A DNA stretch of 64,000 nt from a virus (IMGVR_UViG_3300030419_005541:1-64000), one strand, 5' to 3'; positions 28,140-36,408 are shown, numbered from the stretch's first letter. The notes: generated from the sequence alone by a model not told the origin. Numbers and translations: made by a program.

Positions 28140-28741
28140 GACACGAAGAGATATATAATAATGTAAGAGTTGTATTAGGTTCATTTTTATTATTTGCAAT
28201 GTTTATGATGCCAAGTTGTGAAGACGATAGAGTAGAAGAACCATTAGAAGAAAACATTCAGATGTATGTTAATGGTTCAGAAATTGTACCTCGTGAATAT
28301 TATGAAAGTGTAACTACATATGGAGCATCATCAGTACAAGAAGATGGTTCTATAAAAAAGATATTTGTAATTCATTTTCAAAAAGAATTTGGTAGAGTAT
28401 CACCTGAGAAAGAACATTATGCTTTGATTATGTATGATAATAATGGTGCAGACAATGGTCAACTAATAGATGAAAAGATATATGTAGGTGGTACAGAAGC
28501 TGATTCATTACTATTAGAAAGTACAAGTGGAAGAGTAACATTAGAGATTGTAGGTTTATCTGATTACACAGAATTTGGACAAGGTTCAATTACAAAGTAT
28601 GAAGATGGTAAAGTGAATGGTATGGTAGATGGTTACTTTTATAATCCATATGCAGATATAATGCAACACGGTATAATTATTTTTGAGAACGTAGAGATAG
28701 GTACAGACCCTGAGGCTACTTTTTATCAAGGAGTATATTAG
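28136..28741 (+). CDS. Putative lipoprotein
   Basis: Hydrophobic stretch then MPSC-EDD (Cys followed by acidic residues, FCB-style). Confidence 0.6.
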   Translation: MRHEEIYNNVRVVLGSFLLFAMFMMPSCEDDRVEEPLEENIQMYVNGSEIVPREYYESVTTYGASSVQEDGSIKKIFVIHFQKEFGRVSPEKEHYALIMYDNNGADNGQLIDEKIYVGGTEADSLLLESTSGRVTLEIVGLSDYTEFGQGSITKYEDGKVNGMVDGYFYNPYADIMQHGIIIFENVEIGTDPEATFYQGVY

Positions 28742-29418
28742 TGAGTGATGGAGTTAAATTAGGACAACTCTTATGTGATGCTGATATAATTACAAAGAGA
28801 CAATTAAGTAAAGCCTTACAAGCACAAGTCAAAGGTAACAAAGGAACCATTGGTGAAATTCTCGTAGAGATGAACTTTTGTGACTTTGATGATATTACAG
28901 ATGCTTTATTAAATTCTCAAACAAATACTCAAAAACACGAAGAGAAACACGAAGAGATTCATAACGAACCAATTCAACCTGAAGTGGTTACAGGACTTCC
29001 ACCAAATAAACCTGAACCTGTAAAAGAAGAACCAAAGAAAGATGAACCAATAGAAGTATCCGAAGAAAAGATTATGGGTACTAAGTTCACAATGTCTTTA
29101 CAAACATTAGGAGCGTTAGTTGCTTTGTTAGCAAGTGGTATAGGTGGTTACTATATGTTACTACAAGAGATTGAAGAAGCAAAGAACTTACCTGAACCAC
29201 CATCGATTGAATCTATATTTGGTGATGAGTATCCATCTAAACCTGATGGTCATAATTGGCCACGTTCTTATGAACAATACAAAACACAGGTTGGTGGTCT
29301 ACAAAAAGATATGGATGAAGTCTATGATTACATAGATGAGTTTGAAGAAAAGATTGAAGATTTAGAAAAGTTAGTAGCTAATCTCAGAGTAGAAGTTGCA
29401 AAGAAGAAAGACAAGTAG
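28741..29418 (+). CDS. MshEN-like (c-di-GMP-binding) domain + TM + coiled-coil protein
   Basis: KLGQLLCDADIITKRQLSKALQAQ....TIGEILVEMNFC....ITDAL matches the tandem RLGxxLxxxGxIxxxxLxxALxxQ pattern; no ATPase domain. Confidence 0.75.
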   Translation: MSDGVKLGQLLCDADIITKRQLSKALQAQVKGNKGTIGEILVEMNFCDFDDITDALLNSQTNTQKHEEKHEEIHNEPIQPEVVTGLPPNKPEPVKEEPKKDEPIEVSEEKIMGTKFTMSLQTLGALVALLASGIGGYYMLLQEIEEAKNLPEPPSIESIFGDEYPSKPDGHNWPRSYEQYKTQVGGLQKDMDEVYDYIDEFEEKIEDLEKLVANLRVEVAKKKDK

Positions 29419-29428
29419 GAGTCGTAAT

Positions 29429-29803
29429 ATGAAGAAGATACTAAGTTTATTATTATTTCTATCTGTAGGTTTTGGTCAGATAACAGATAAGAATTTTAAA
29501 TCAGAAATTAATGGTGGTGTTACACTTGCTGTATTTGAATCAGAATGGCAAGAACAACCATTTGATAAAGATATAATTAGTGGTGTAAAAGGATATGAAG
29601 ATTGTGAAATCATTTATGTCAAGAGTGAAGAGGCACCAAGAGCAACAAAAAAATTAAGATTAAGGAATTTTCCTTCTATGGTTTTGTTTTATGATGGTTC
29701 TAAAAAAGAAACTTGGAAAGCAGATATGGATGGTGAATTAGATTGTGATAGTAAAGAAATCAAAAACGCCATAAGTGATATAATTAGTGGCGATGTATTT
29801 TAG
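29429..29803 (+). CDS. Exported thioredoxin-fold protein lacking CxxC
   Basis: Signal peptide, ITDKNFKSEI, F.SEW, LRNFPSMVLFYDG cis-Pro loop. Confidence 0.7.
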   Translation: MKKILSLLLFLSVGFGQITDKNFKSEINGGVTLAVFESEWQEQPFDKDIISGVKGYEDCEIIYVKSEEAPRATKKLRLRNFPSMVLFYDGSKKETWKADMDGELDCDSKEIKNAISDIISGDVF

Positions 29804-29812
29804 GAGGATATT

Positions 29813-29992
29813 ATGAGTAGTAAAGATTTATATAATGATTTAAAAGAACTTTGGGAAGAGTTCGAATCTAACCACGATGCGTTTGCAGATAAAGGTAACA
29901 AAGCCGCAGCAGGTCGTGCGAGAAAAGCGATTGGCGAAATTAAAAAACTTGTTACTGAATATAGGAAAGCATCTGTATCTGAATGTAAATAA
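29813..29992 (+). CDS. Hc1/histone H1-like small protein (59 aa, not in track)
   Basis: SD AGGAGG; KGNKAAAGRARKAIGEIKKLVTEYRK signature. Confidence 0.8.
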   Translation: MSSKDLYNDLKELWEEFESNHDAFADKGNKAAAGRARKAIGEIKKLVTEYRKASVSECK

Positions 29993-30643
29993 ATGAACAT
30001 CGCAACGTTAGCAGGGCACTTAGCATTTGGACTAATTGCCTTTTCTTTTTTAGTCAAAGATATATTTTGGCTAAGAATCGTTTCTATACTCGCAAGTTTA
30101 TTTTCAGTATTTTATAATTACTTCATACCTGCTGACCCGATGTGGTTAGCTATTAATTGGAACTTTGTATTCATTGTTGTAAACGTATATCATATAGGTG
30201 TTATCTTATATGAGAAACGACAAGTTAAAATGGATGCTAAAAATGAAGAGTTATATTCTACTTTGTTTAAAGAAATGACTCCTGTTGAATATCTAAAGAT
30301 TAGTCGAGCCGCAGAATGGAAAACTTTTAAAGCAGGTGAAACTATTATAACACAAGAACATCTTGTAAAAGATTTAGTACTCATATATAACGGAACCGTT
30401 GATGTTGCAGTTGATGGTCAACGAATAGCTGAACTTAGAGATGGTGAGTTTGTAGGTGAGATGTCTTTTCTAACAGAAAAATCAGCAACAGCAACTTGTA
30501 TAGTTAAACACGATGCCGAGTGTTTAGTATGGAAACAAAGAGAGTTTAAAGACTTATTAAAACGTAATCCATCATTATACTTTACTATACAATCTGTATT
30601 ATCAGCACAAGTATCTGATAAACTCGTAAAATCACATAAGTAA
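29993..30643 (+). CDS. Popeye-like membrane protein with cyclic-nucleotide-binding domain
   Basis: Three TMs (DIFWLRIVSI, WNFVF..VN), then GETIITQ, LIYNG.V.V, G.FVGEMSFL...ATAT CNB fold. Confidence 0.85.
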   Translation: MNIATLAGHLAFGLIAFSFLVKDIFWLRIVSILASLFSVFYNYFIPADPMWLAINWNFVFIVVNVYHIGVILYEKRQVKMDAKNEELYSTLFKEMTPVEYLKISRAAEWKTFKAGETIITQEHLVKDLVLIYNGTVDVAVDGQRIAELRDGEFVGEMSFLTEKSATATCIVKHDAECLVWKQREFKDLLKRNPSLYFTIQSVLSAQVSDKLVKSHK

Positions 30644-30651
30644 ACAAAAGA

Positions 30652-30790
30652 TAACAAATTGTTACAGGTGTAATATTTTGTTATTATTAAACGTTTACTT
30701 TATGTGTGTCTCTATATTCACATATAAAACAACTTAAATTTTTTTTTATTTTTTTTCTAAAAATCGAGCGGTTTAGTACACTTTTTGTAT
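30652..30790 (+). promoter_or_regulatory. Sigma54-like promoter region of the pilin operon
   Basis: Palindrome TAACAAATTGTTA 30652-30664 plus imperfect copy 30669-30684, IHF-like AAAACAACTTA ~30726-30736, TTAGTACACTTTTTGTAT 30773-30790. Confidence 0.45.
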
Positions 30791-30854
30791 TATATAGTGT
30801 AGAAAGACGAAATCACAAGGATTAAAGTCTATAAACAAACATAGGAGAACTGAA

Positions 30855-31523
30855 ATGTTCGAAACAATAAAAAATCTTATAAAATCATTTATGAGAACAA
30901 TCAAAAGTACAAAAGGTAATTCACTTGCTGAATTTGCAGTTACTACAGCTATGATGGCTACCTTAGCAACAACAGCCGCACCCAAGTTTGGTCAAGTCGG
31001 TGCAGGAGCTAAAGAAAAGAAGACAATGAATAACATTGATAAAATTCTAACCGTTGCAAATAATTTTTATAACCAAACACTATCTGAAGAAGGAAAAGGA
31101 AGATTTCCAGGACAAGAAAAGTATGATGTTGAAGTAGGTGGAGTTACACTTTCTGAAGGTCAACTTACAGATGAAGCATTAGAAATATATGTTGAAACTA
31201 TTCTTGATGCTAAAGATTCATATACATCAGATTTAGGTGAGTTTGTATATGTATTTTCACCATCTGTAGATGATGATGATGCTATTGATGGTGATTGGAT
31301 GAGTCTTGAAACATCAGTATCATTTGATGGTAACTCTGAAGTCGGTGCTCTTGACTTTAAAAGAGACTTTGGTAATAATGGTATGACAAGTCCTTTTCAG
31401 GATGGTTCATACGCATACTTAGTAATACCTGGTAGTGGTTCAGGTACATCTGCACAAGCACCTGTTATGGTCGTGATTGATACAGAGAACCCTTCAAAAC
31501 TTCATAAGACTTTAGTACCTTAA
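30855..31523 (+). CDS. Type IV pilin-like protein 1 (atypical G|NSLAEF N-terminus)
   Basis: Basic leader, KG|NSLAEFAVTTAMMATLATTAAPKF with E5 and P22. Confidence 0.75.
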   Translation: MFETIKNLIKSFMRTIKSTKGNSLAEFAVTTAMMATLATTAAPKFGQVGAGAKEKKTMNNIDKILTVANNFYNQTLSEEGKGRFPGQEKYDVEVGGVTLSEGQLTDEALEIYVETILDAKDSYTSDLGEFVYVFSPSVDDDDAIDGDWMSLETSVSFDGNSEVGALDFKRDFGNNGMTSPFQDGSYAYLVIPGSGSGTSAQAPVMVVIDTENPSKLHKTLVP

Positions 31524-31558
31524 TCGATAACAGAACGTAAGTTCGGAAAGAGAAACAA

Positions 31559-32008
31559 ATGAAGAAACTAAAAAACAAAAACGGATTCACTTTGATAGAG
31601 TTAATTATGGTAATGATTATCTTAGGGATTTTAGGAGCAGTAGCTATTCCACGATATATGGAAACTATTGACAATGCTGAAATCGCCGCAGAAGATGCAG
31701 TTATTACTAATGTCGAAGCCGCACTCGAAAACTATGCAATACATAAACTGATTGCTGATGGTCGTAGAATTTGGCCCGATAATCCTTTTGACGCATTAAA
31801 GCAGAAACCTCAAACATACACACAGGATGGTACAAACGCTGACTCAGACCAAGAGTGGACTTTTGTAGATGGTAATCCTGCATACATTACCCATCAACGT
31901 TCAGATAATTCACGTTGGAAGTGGGAGTATGATGCAGGTATCAATACAGGCACAGATGCCGATACTACAGGATTCCTTGGTTCGAGAGAAAGTTTGACCA
32001 ATGAGTAA
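31559..32008 (+). CDS. Type IV pilin/pseudopilin 2
   Basis: G|FTLIELIMVMIILGILGAVAIPRY class III signal. Confidence 0.95.
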   Translation: MKKLKNKNGFTLIELIMVMIILGILGAVAIPRYMETIDNAEIAAEDAVITNVEAALENYAIHKLIADGRRIWPDNPFDALKQKPQTYTQDGTNADSDQEWTFVDGNPAYITHQRSDNSRWKWEYDAGINTGTDADTTGFLGSRESLTNE

Positions 32009-32468
32009 CAGGAAGGGATTCACGTTGATAGAGTTAATTATGGTAATGGTAATAATTGGCATATTAGCGGCGGTATCAATTCCTAGGTTCGCAACTATTG
32101 TAAGACAATCCGAAGCCGCATCAGAACAAGGTGTTCTCATCAGTATGGTAGCGGCTTTGGATACTTACTCTCACGAAAGATTTGTTGAAGATGGTGTATT
32201 ACAATGGCCAACAAATCCTTTCGATGCTTTAAATAAAGTTCCACCCTCTTATGATAAGACTAATACTACTTTGATGAGAGAGATGACCGATAGTGATTGG
32301 ATATATACCGGCGATGGTGATGAATATCCTAAACATATTGTTCATAGAAGAAAGGAAGATAGTTTAGCTATTTGGCCTTATAATCCTTTAACAGGTGAAA
32401 TCGGATACGATGACCCACCTTATCAACCTTCAGGTATGTTATACAGACCTAATTTGGAGATACAATAA
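32001..32468 (+). CDS. Type IV pilin/pseudopilin 3
   Basis: G|FTLIELIMVMVIIGILAAVSIPRF. Confidence 0.95.
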   Translation: MSNRKGFTLIELIMVMVIIGILAAVSIPRFATIVRQSEAASEQGVLISMVAALDTYSHERFVEDGVLQWPTNPFDALNKVPPSYDKTNTTLMREMTDSDWIYTGDGDEYPKHIVHRRKEDSLAIWPYNPLTGEIGYDDPPYQPSGMLYRPNLEIQ

Positions 32469-32923
32469 TGTTTAAAACTTTTAAGAAAGTTATAAATGAT
32501 AAAATGAACGAAGGGTTTACCTTAGTTGAATTAGTAATGGTTATGATTATACTTGGTATTTTAGCCGCAGTCGCCGCACCAAAGATGACTAACGTTTTAA
32601 ACCAAGCAACGGTTAGAGCCGAAAAGACCACGGTAGATATGATATGGTCAGGTTGTGAATCTTATGCGGGTGATAAACTCATTGAGACAGGCACAGAATC
32701 CTGGCCATACAATCCATTAACAACATTTGGTAGAACAAGAAACTTAAAAATTAATTTAGAACTTGGTGTACCTGATGAAGATAATGAGTGGCAATTTAGT
32801 TTAATAGATGCAGGAGAACCTGCTATATTTCATCACAGACCTGATGATGAGATTTACTATTATACTTATGATTCTACTAACTTTGAGTTAGCAGAAGAAC
32901 CTGTTAGATACATCGCAAACTAA
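32468..32923 (+). CDS. Type IV pilin/pseudopilin 4
   Basis: G|FTLVELVMVMIILGILAAVAAPKM. Confidence 0.95.
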   Translation: MFKTFKKVINDKMNEGFTLVELVMVMIILGILAAVAAPKMTNVLNQATVRAEKTTVDMIWSGCESYAGDKLIETGTESWPYNPLTTFGRTRNLKINLELGVPDEDNEWQFSLIDAGEPAIFHHRPDDEIYYYTYDSTNFELAEEPVRYIAN

Positions 32924-32934
32924 TAGTTATTAAT

Positions 32935-33378
32935 ATGAATATATCAGAACACGATAAAAACGTATTTAAAGAAATAGGTTTAATGTTTGGTATCGTAGTC
33001 TTATTGGGTTATGTAATTCTCGGACCTGATAAAGATGCTTTGCCAAATATTCAAACACCTTCAATGGAAGACTTTTATGAACATCCAATAGTAGCTTGGT
33101 CAGCATACGATAATAAAGGCGGTGCTTGTATAAAAGTTAGATATTCTGTACAGAGAAATAAAACAAAATTATATATGTTTGATTCAGAAGGAACTATCGT
33201 TCATCAGACTCCTTTATCTTTGAGTCCTTTCAAAGATGGTAGAGAAAGAACTGAAACTTATGTATGGAAGTTATATAGAACAGAATGGTCAGATTTTATA
33301 GAACCGGGTGTGTATACAATCATAGTCGGTACTGAATATGACAAACGTGGTATAGGTACTGAAATAGAAGTATTATGA
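32935..33378 (+). CDS. Membrane-anchored FlgD/Ig-like beta protein
   Basis: TM, then KLYMFDSEG.IV ... YVW ... PGVYTI. Confidence 0.55.
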   Translation: MNISEHDKNVFKEIGLMFGIVVLLGYVILGPDKDALPNIQTPSMEDFYEHPIVAWSAYDNKGGACIKVRYSVQRNKTKLYMFDSEGTIVHQTPLSLSPFKDGRERTETYVWKLYRTEWSDFIEPGVYTIIVGTEYDKRGIGTEIEVL

Positions 33379-34001
33379 AGTATCTAACACTTATCCTATT
33401 ATTAAGTGTTACGTATTCTCAAGTTGATGAACAAGTTTTCATAGACCAAGATATCCAAAGAACATCAGAATTTAAAAGAGATGTTGCCTACGGACAAGAT
33501 TGTGATGATACAGAATATAGAGATTACAAAGGTTCACCTGCTTGGAAAGGTTATGGTGGTTGGTTATCTGAATGTGATTCAATTCGTTCAGTAAACTTAG
33601 ATAGAGAGTTTGCTGAAAAAGCAAAAATACGAGCAAGAGAAAAAGCAATCCAAGATAGTATTGATTTAGCATCTGTAGAAGATATAGATTTTGATTTAGA
33701 TGCTATGTGGGATAATACGGTTTGGGTTGAGATTCAAGATATAGAAGAAGAAATTGTATACGAAACAGAACAGGTAACTGCAGTTGCGGGAGTTCGCGGG
33801 GCGGAAGCAGAAGATGAAGCATTGGCCTTGTTATATTACAGAAGAAGTATGAAGGGTTTGGCTTTAATTGATTTACAAAAGGCCTACGGTAAATTACGAA
33901 ATACAAGAGATGGCCTTATGAAAGTTGACCCTAATCATCCTAAACTCGAAAAGATAAATAATCTCATATATCAATTAGAAATAAAAATGAAAAAAGTTTA
34001 A
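33375..34001 (+). CDS. Exported hypothetical protein
   Basis: Signal peptide; TAVAGVRG motif. Confidence 0.65.
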   Translation: MKYLTLILLLSVTYSQVDEQVFIDQDIQRTSEFKRDVAYGQDCDDTEYRDYKGSPAWKGYGGWLSECDSIRSVNLDREFAEKAKIRAREKAIQDSIDLASVEDIDFDLDAMWDNTVWVEIQDIEEEIVYETEQVTAVAGVRGAEAEDEALALLYYRRSMKGLALIDLQKAYGKLRNTRDGLMKVDPNHPKLEKINNLIYQLEIKMKKV

Positions 34002-34009
34002 AAAACCGG

Positions 34010-34039
34010 TTGACACATATATGTATTTATGTATATATT
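34010..34039 (+). promoter_or_regulatory. Early promoter TTGACA-N18-TATATT
   Basis: Motif family member; no ORF before the next promoter. Confidence 0.8.
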
Positions 34040-34044
34040 TAAGT

Positions 34045-34190
34045 GTTATTTGATAAGAAAAGAATTTGATGGCTCTATTGCCGAAAGAGGAGTAGGAATA
34101 GAGTGCTGTGAGAAGCTTAAAATGTCAGACACAGGTCAACTCGGAGTAAAAAAGAATCGGCCGATAACTTTTTGAAACAGACCATCATCT
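34045..34190 (+). ncRNA. Candidate small structured RNA
   Basis: Closed by TGATGG/CCATCA (34067-34072/34182-34187); inner helices CTCTATT/AATAGAG, CTGTG/CACAG, TCGG/CCGA. Confidence 0.45.
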
Positions 34191-34210
34191 AAAATTTTTA
34201 AAAAAACCGG

Positions 34211-34240
34211 TTGACACGTATTGGTTTTTATTACTATATT
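34211..34240 (+). promoter_or_regulatory. Early promoter TTGACA-N18-TATATT
   Basis: Motif family member. Confidence 0.85.
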
Positions 34241-34277
34241 TAGATGTAAGTTAAAGAGAAAAGAAAAGGAGTTCTAA

Positions 34278-34631
34278 ATGGCTTATATGAATCAAGAGAA
34301 AAAAAAGAAATTGGCTCCCAAGATTAAAGATATCTTGAAGAGACACAATATGAAAGGCACACTTAGTGTCGATAATTACTCATCATTAAGATTGACTCTT
34401 CAATCAGGGTCGATTGATTTTGGTACTGACTCAATCAATGAGTATTGGTACAAAGACCACTTTGCTGATAATCCTAAAGCACTTAACTTTCTTAGTGAAG
34501 TTATTCCTGCGATGAATGTTGGAAATCACGATAATTCAGACCCAATGACAGATTACTTTGATGTCGGTTGGTATATCTCTGTTAATCTCGGAAGATGGGA
34601 TAAGCCTTACGTTTACAACGGAGGTAAGTAA
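34278..34631 (+). CDS. Conserved phage early hypothetical protein
   Basis: DNSDPMTDYFDVGWY..NLGRWDKPY; strong SD. Confidence 0.75.
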   Translation: MAYMNQEKKKKLAPKIKDILKRHNMKGTLSVDNYSSLRLTLQSGSIDFGTDSINEYWYKDHFADNPKALNFLSEVIPAMNVGNHDNSDPMTDYFDVGWYISVNLGRWDKPYVYNGGK

Positions 34632-34632
34632 T

Positions 34633-34902
34633 ATGTGGAAAGAAATGAAATCATTTAGGTTTCTTCTTAGAAACAAACTCAATGGAAAGACCTTTAGTTA
34701 CACAGACCATTTAAATATTGCAGATAAGACTAAAGAATGGTACATCACTTGGGTAATGCAAAAACATTTTCTTAGTGACAACTTAGAAGTGGTTAGGATA
34801 TCTAAAGATGTTAGTGGACTTGGTCGTAGATTTGAAATGGTTTATTCTGAGTCAAAAGGTTGGCTTGAAGGTGACTTAACACAGGTTAATCCTTATGCTT
34901 AG
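34633..34902 (+). CDS. Hypothetical protein
   Basis: SD GGAGG before ATG 34633. Confidence 0.6.
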   Translation: MWKEMKSFRFLLRNKLNGKTFSYTDHLNIADKTKEWYITWVMQKHFLSDNLEVVRISKDVSGLGRRFEMVYSESKGWLEGDLTQVNPYA

Positions 34903-35131
34903 AATTACTGAAATTAAAGATGAGAACATTTACTTTAATAATGGTAAGTACATTTGGATACTTTACTATCAAGGTTTATCTGCTCTCGGTAAAGGTCCAA
35001 ACTTGTGTACTGAAGATTGTATCAAAGTAGGTAAGGCTATGGGTGAGATTGGTTATGGTGATGCAGACATTGATGAATACAGAGAAGAGTTGAGATTTGA
35101 AAATCCGGAGGCGATGTATGGCGATGTCTAA
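34895..35131 (+). CDS. Hypothetical protein
   Basis: Overlapping ORF. Confidence 0.55.
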   Translation: MLRITEIKDENIYFNNGKYIWILYYQGLSALGKGPNLCTEDCIKVGKAMGEIGYGDADIDEYREELRFENPEAMYGDV

Positions 35132-35363
35132 TCAAGCCTTAATAGATTTAGTTATTGAGAAGTTTGATGGAAGTATTGTAGAAGATAACAAATGGAGGGT
35201 TGATGGTTCTAAAGGTAATCACTATTGGGTAGAGTGGCATCCATTTCATAAACATTATAGTTGTGGATGTAAAGGTTATGCTTTCAGAAAAAAATGTAGA
35301 CACATTACAGAGGTTAGTAATCAATTTAAAAATAATTTAAAAAACCGGTTGACCTGTGTATGA
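35118..35363 (+). CDS. SWIM zinc-finger protein
   Basis: V.GSKGN.Y.V...YSCGCKGY.FRKKCRHI. Confidence 0.8.
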   Translation: MAMSNQALIDLVIEKFDGSIVEDNKWRVDGSKGNHYWVEWHPFHKHYSCGCKGYAFRKKCRHITEVSNQFKNNLKNRLTCV

Positions 35364-35378
35364 TTTTGTCCTTATATT
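35349..35378 (+). promoter_or_regulatory. Early promoter TTGACC-N18-TATATT
   Basis: Motif family member. Confidence 0.75.
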
Positions 35379-35420
35379 CTAATATGAGTTTTGAGTTAAA
35401 TATAAAGAATAGGAGTTTTA

Positions 35421-35690
35421 ATGACTTATGTTTATGAAACAACAATGGCAGGTAGAGCACTTGTTGTAGAATATTGCCATTCGTCTGTTACTGATTCCAT
35501 CAAAGTTGTCGATATGACTTGTGATGGTGAATATCACAGATTGAATTGGATGAATGATTATGGTAGAGAAACTTTGTTAGCAGAGTTAGAAGCAGATATG
35601 ACAGATAGAATGTGTGGAACAGGTGACTATGCTGACATTCCTGGATTCGAAGGAACTTTAGAAAATCTAAATGAAATAGGAGTTGCTTAA
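35421..35690 (+). CDS. Hypothetical protein
   Basis: SD TAGGAG. Confidence 0.65.
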   Translation: MTYVYETTMAGRALVVEYCHSSVTDSIKVVDMTCDGEYHRLNWMNDYGRETLLAELEADMTDRMCGTGDYADIPGFEGTLENLNEIGVA

Positions 35691-35956
35691 TGAGATGTTC
35701 AATGGATAGATTTATTGATGAATTAACAATGGCATCTTATGAATCTGAGATGGACTTAGATAGAGATATGCCAGGTGATGAAGCATTTTTAGAATTTAAC
35801 AATATGGTAGATAATGATGAGGAAGATGTGATTACAGGCCATTTTGATGTTGATGTAGATGAAAATGGTCCTTTCATTACTCAATCATTTGATGATTATT
35901 TAGATGCTCATCCTGATTTTAATGCGGCATTAAATGGTCATCCGGATTGGATATAG
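35690..35956 (+). CDS. Highly acidic small protein (possible DNA mimic)
   Basis: 88 aa, very D/E-rich, no Lys. Confidence 0.6.
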   Translation: MRCSMDRFIDELTMASYESEMDLDRDMPGDEAFLEFNNMVDNDEEDVITGHFDVDVDENGPFITQSFDDYLDAHPDFNAALNGHPDWI

Positions 35957-36022
35957 TGGTAGAGCCTGCAGGTGCGTAGAGTCCACTCAAATAAACGGCA
36001 AAATGCAAGGCGTTTTTTCTAA

Positions 36023-36052
36023 GCGGTTTTTAGCCTTATAATAAAAAACCGC
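36023..36052. terminator. Hairpin, possible terminator
   Basis: GCGGTTTTT / AAAAACCGC inverted repeat. Confidence 0.45.
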
Positions 36053-36075
36053 CTCACTCTTTACAAAGGAAAGAT

Positions 36076-36408
36076 ATGAAAGAAACTTATTTTAATAATA
36101 TGTATAAATTAGGCAAACACGAAAGTGGTGGCATAACTGATATTGGTTTCATTGATTATATTAAAGAATTAGGATTCGTTGATAAAAATGAATTTATTAT
36201 TAGTGTTGGTGTTGTTTGGGAACGCAAAGATGACGAAATTCACATAGAACATATTTACGATAATACAGGTGTTCACGATGCTTCACCGGGTAAAGGTATA
36301 TTAGTAGATTTTAGTGATTGTTATCCTGACAATACTTATTCTAAAGAACACGAAGATTTATATGAGAGTATACTTATGTATGCTGAGTTAGATGAAACAT
36401 TTTTATAA
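36076..36408 (+). CDS. Hypothetical protein
   Basis: SD AAAGGA. Confidence 0.6.
   Translation: MKETYFNNMYKLGKHESGGITDIGFIDYIKELGFVDKNEFIISVGVVWERKDDEIHIEHIYDNTGVHDASPGKGILVDFSDCYPDNTYSKEHEDLYESILMYAELDETFL

Noticed and set aside
28741-29418. PilB/GspE assembly ATPase
   Set aside because: Only the N-terminal MshEN-like part is present; there are no Walker motifs, and a TM follows
25480-34001. Bacterial chromosome segment or prophage boundary at the pilin module
   Set aside because: Same strand, apparent codon and word-avoidance habits and phage-type promoters as the flanks; no integrase, att site or housekeeping genes (chimerism still needs read-level checking)
34067-34187. c-di-GMP-I riboswitch (GAAA loop near pilin genes)
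   Set aside because: Lacks the GCAAA...GGGACGCAAAGC core and lies downstream of the pilins
35971-35997. preQ1-I riboswitch
   Set aside because: The stem is only 4 bp, the loop lacks the UUC/C ligand-binding residues, and it is not upstream of que genes
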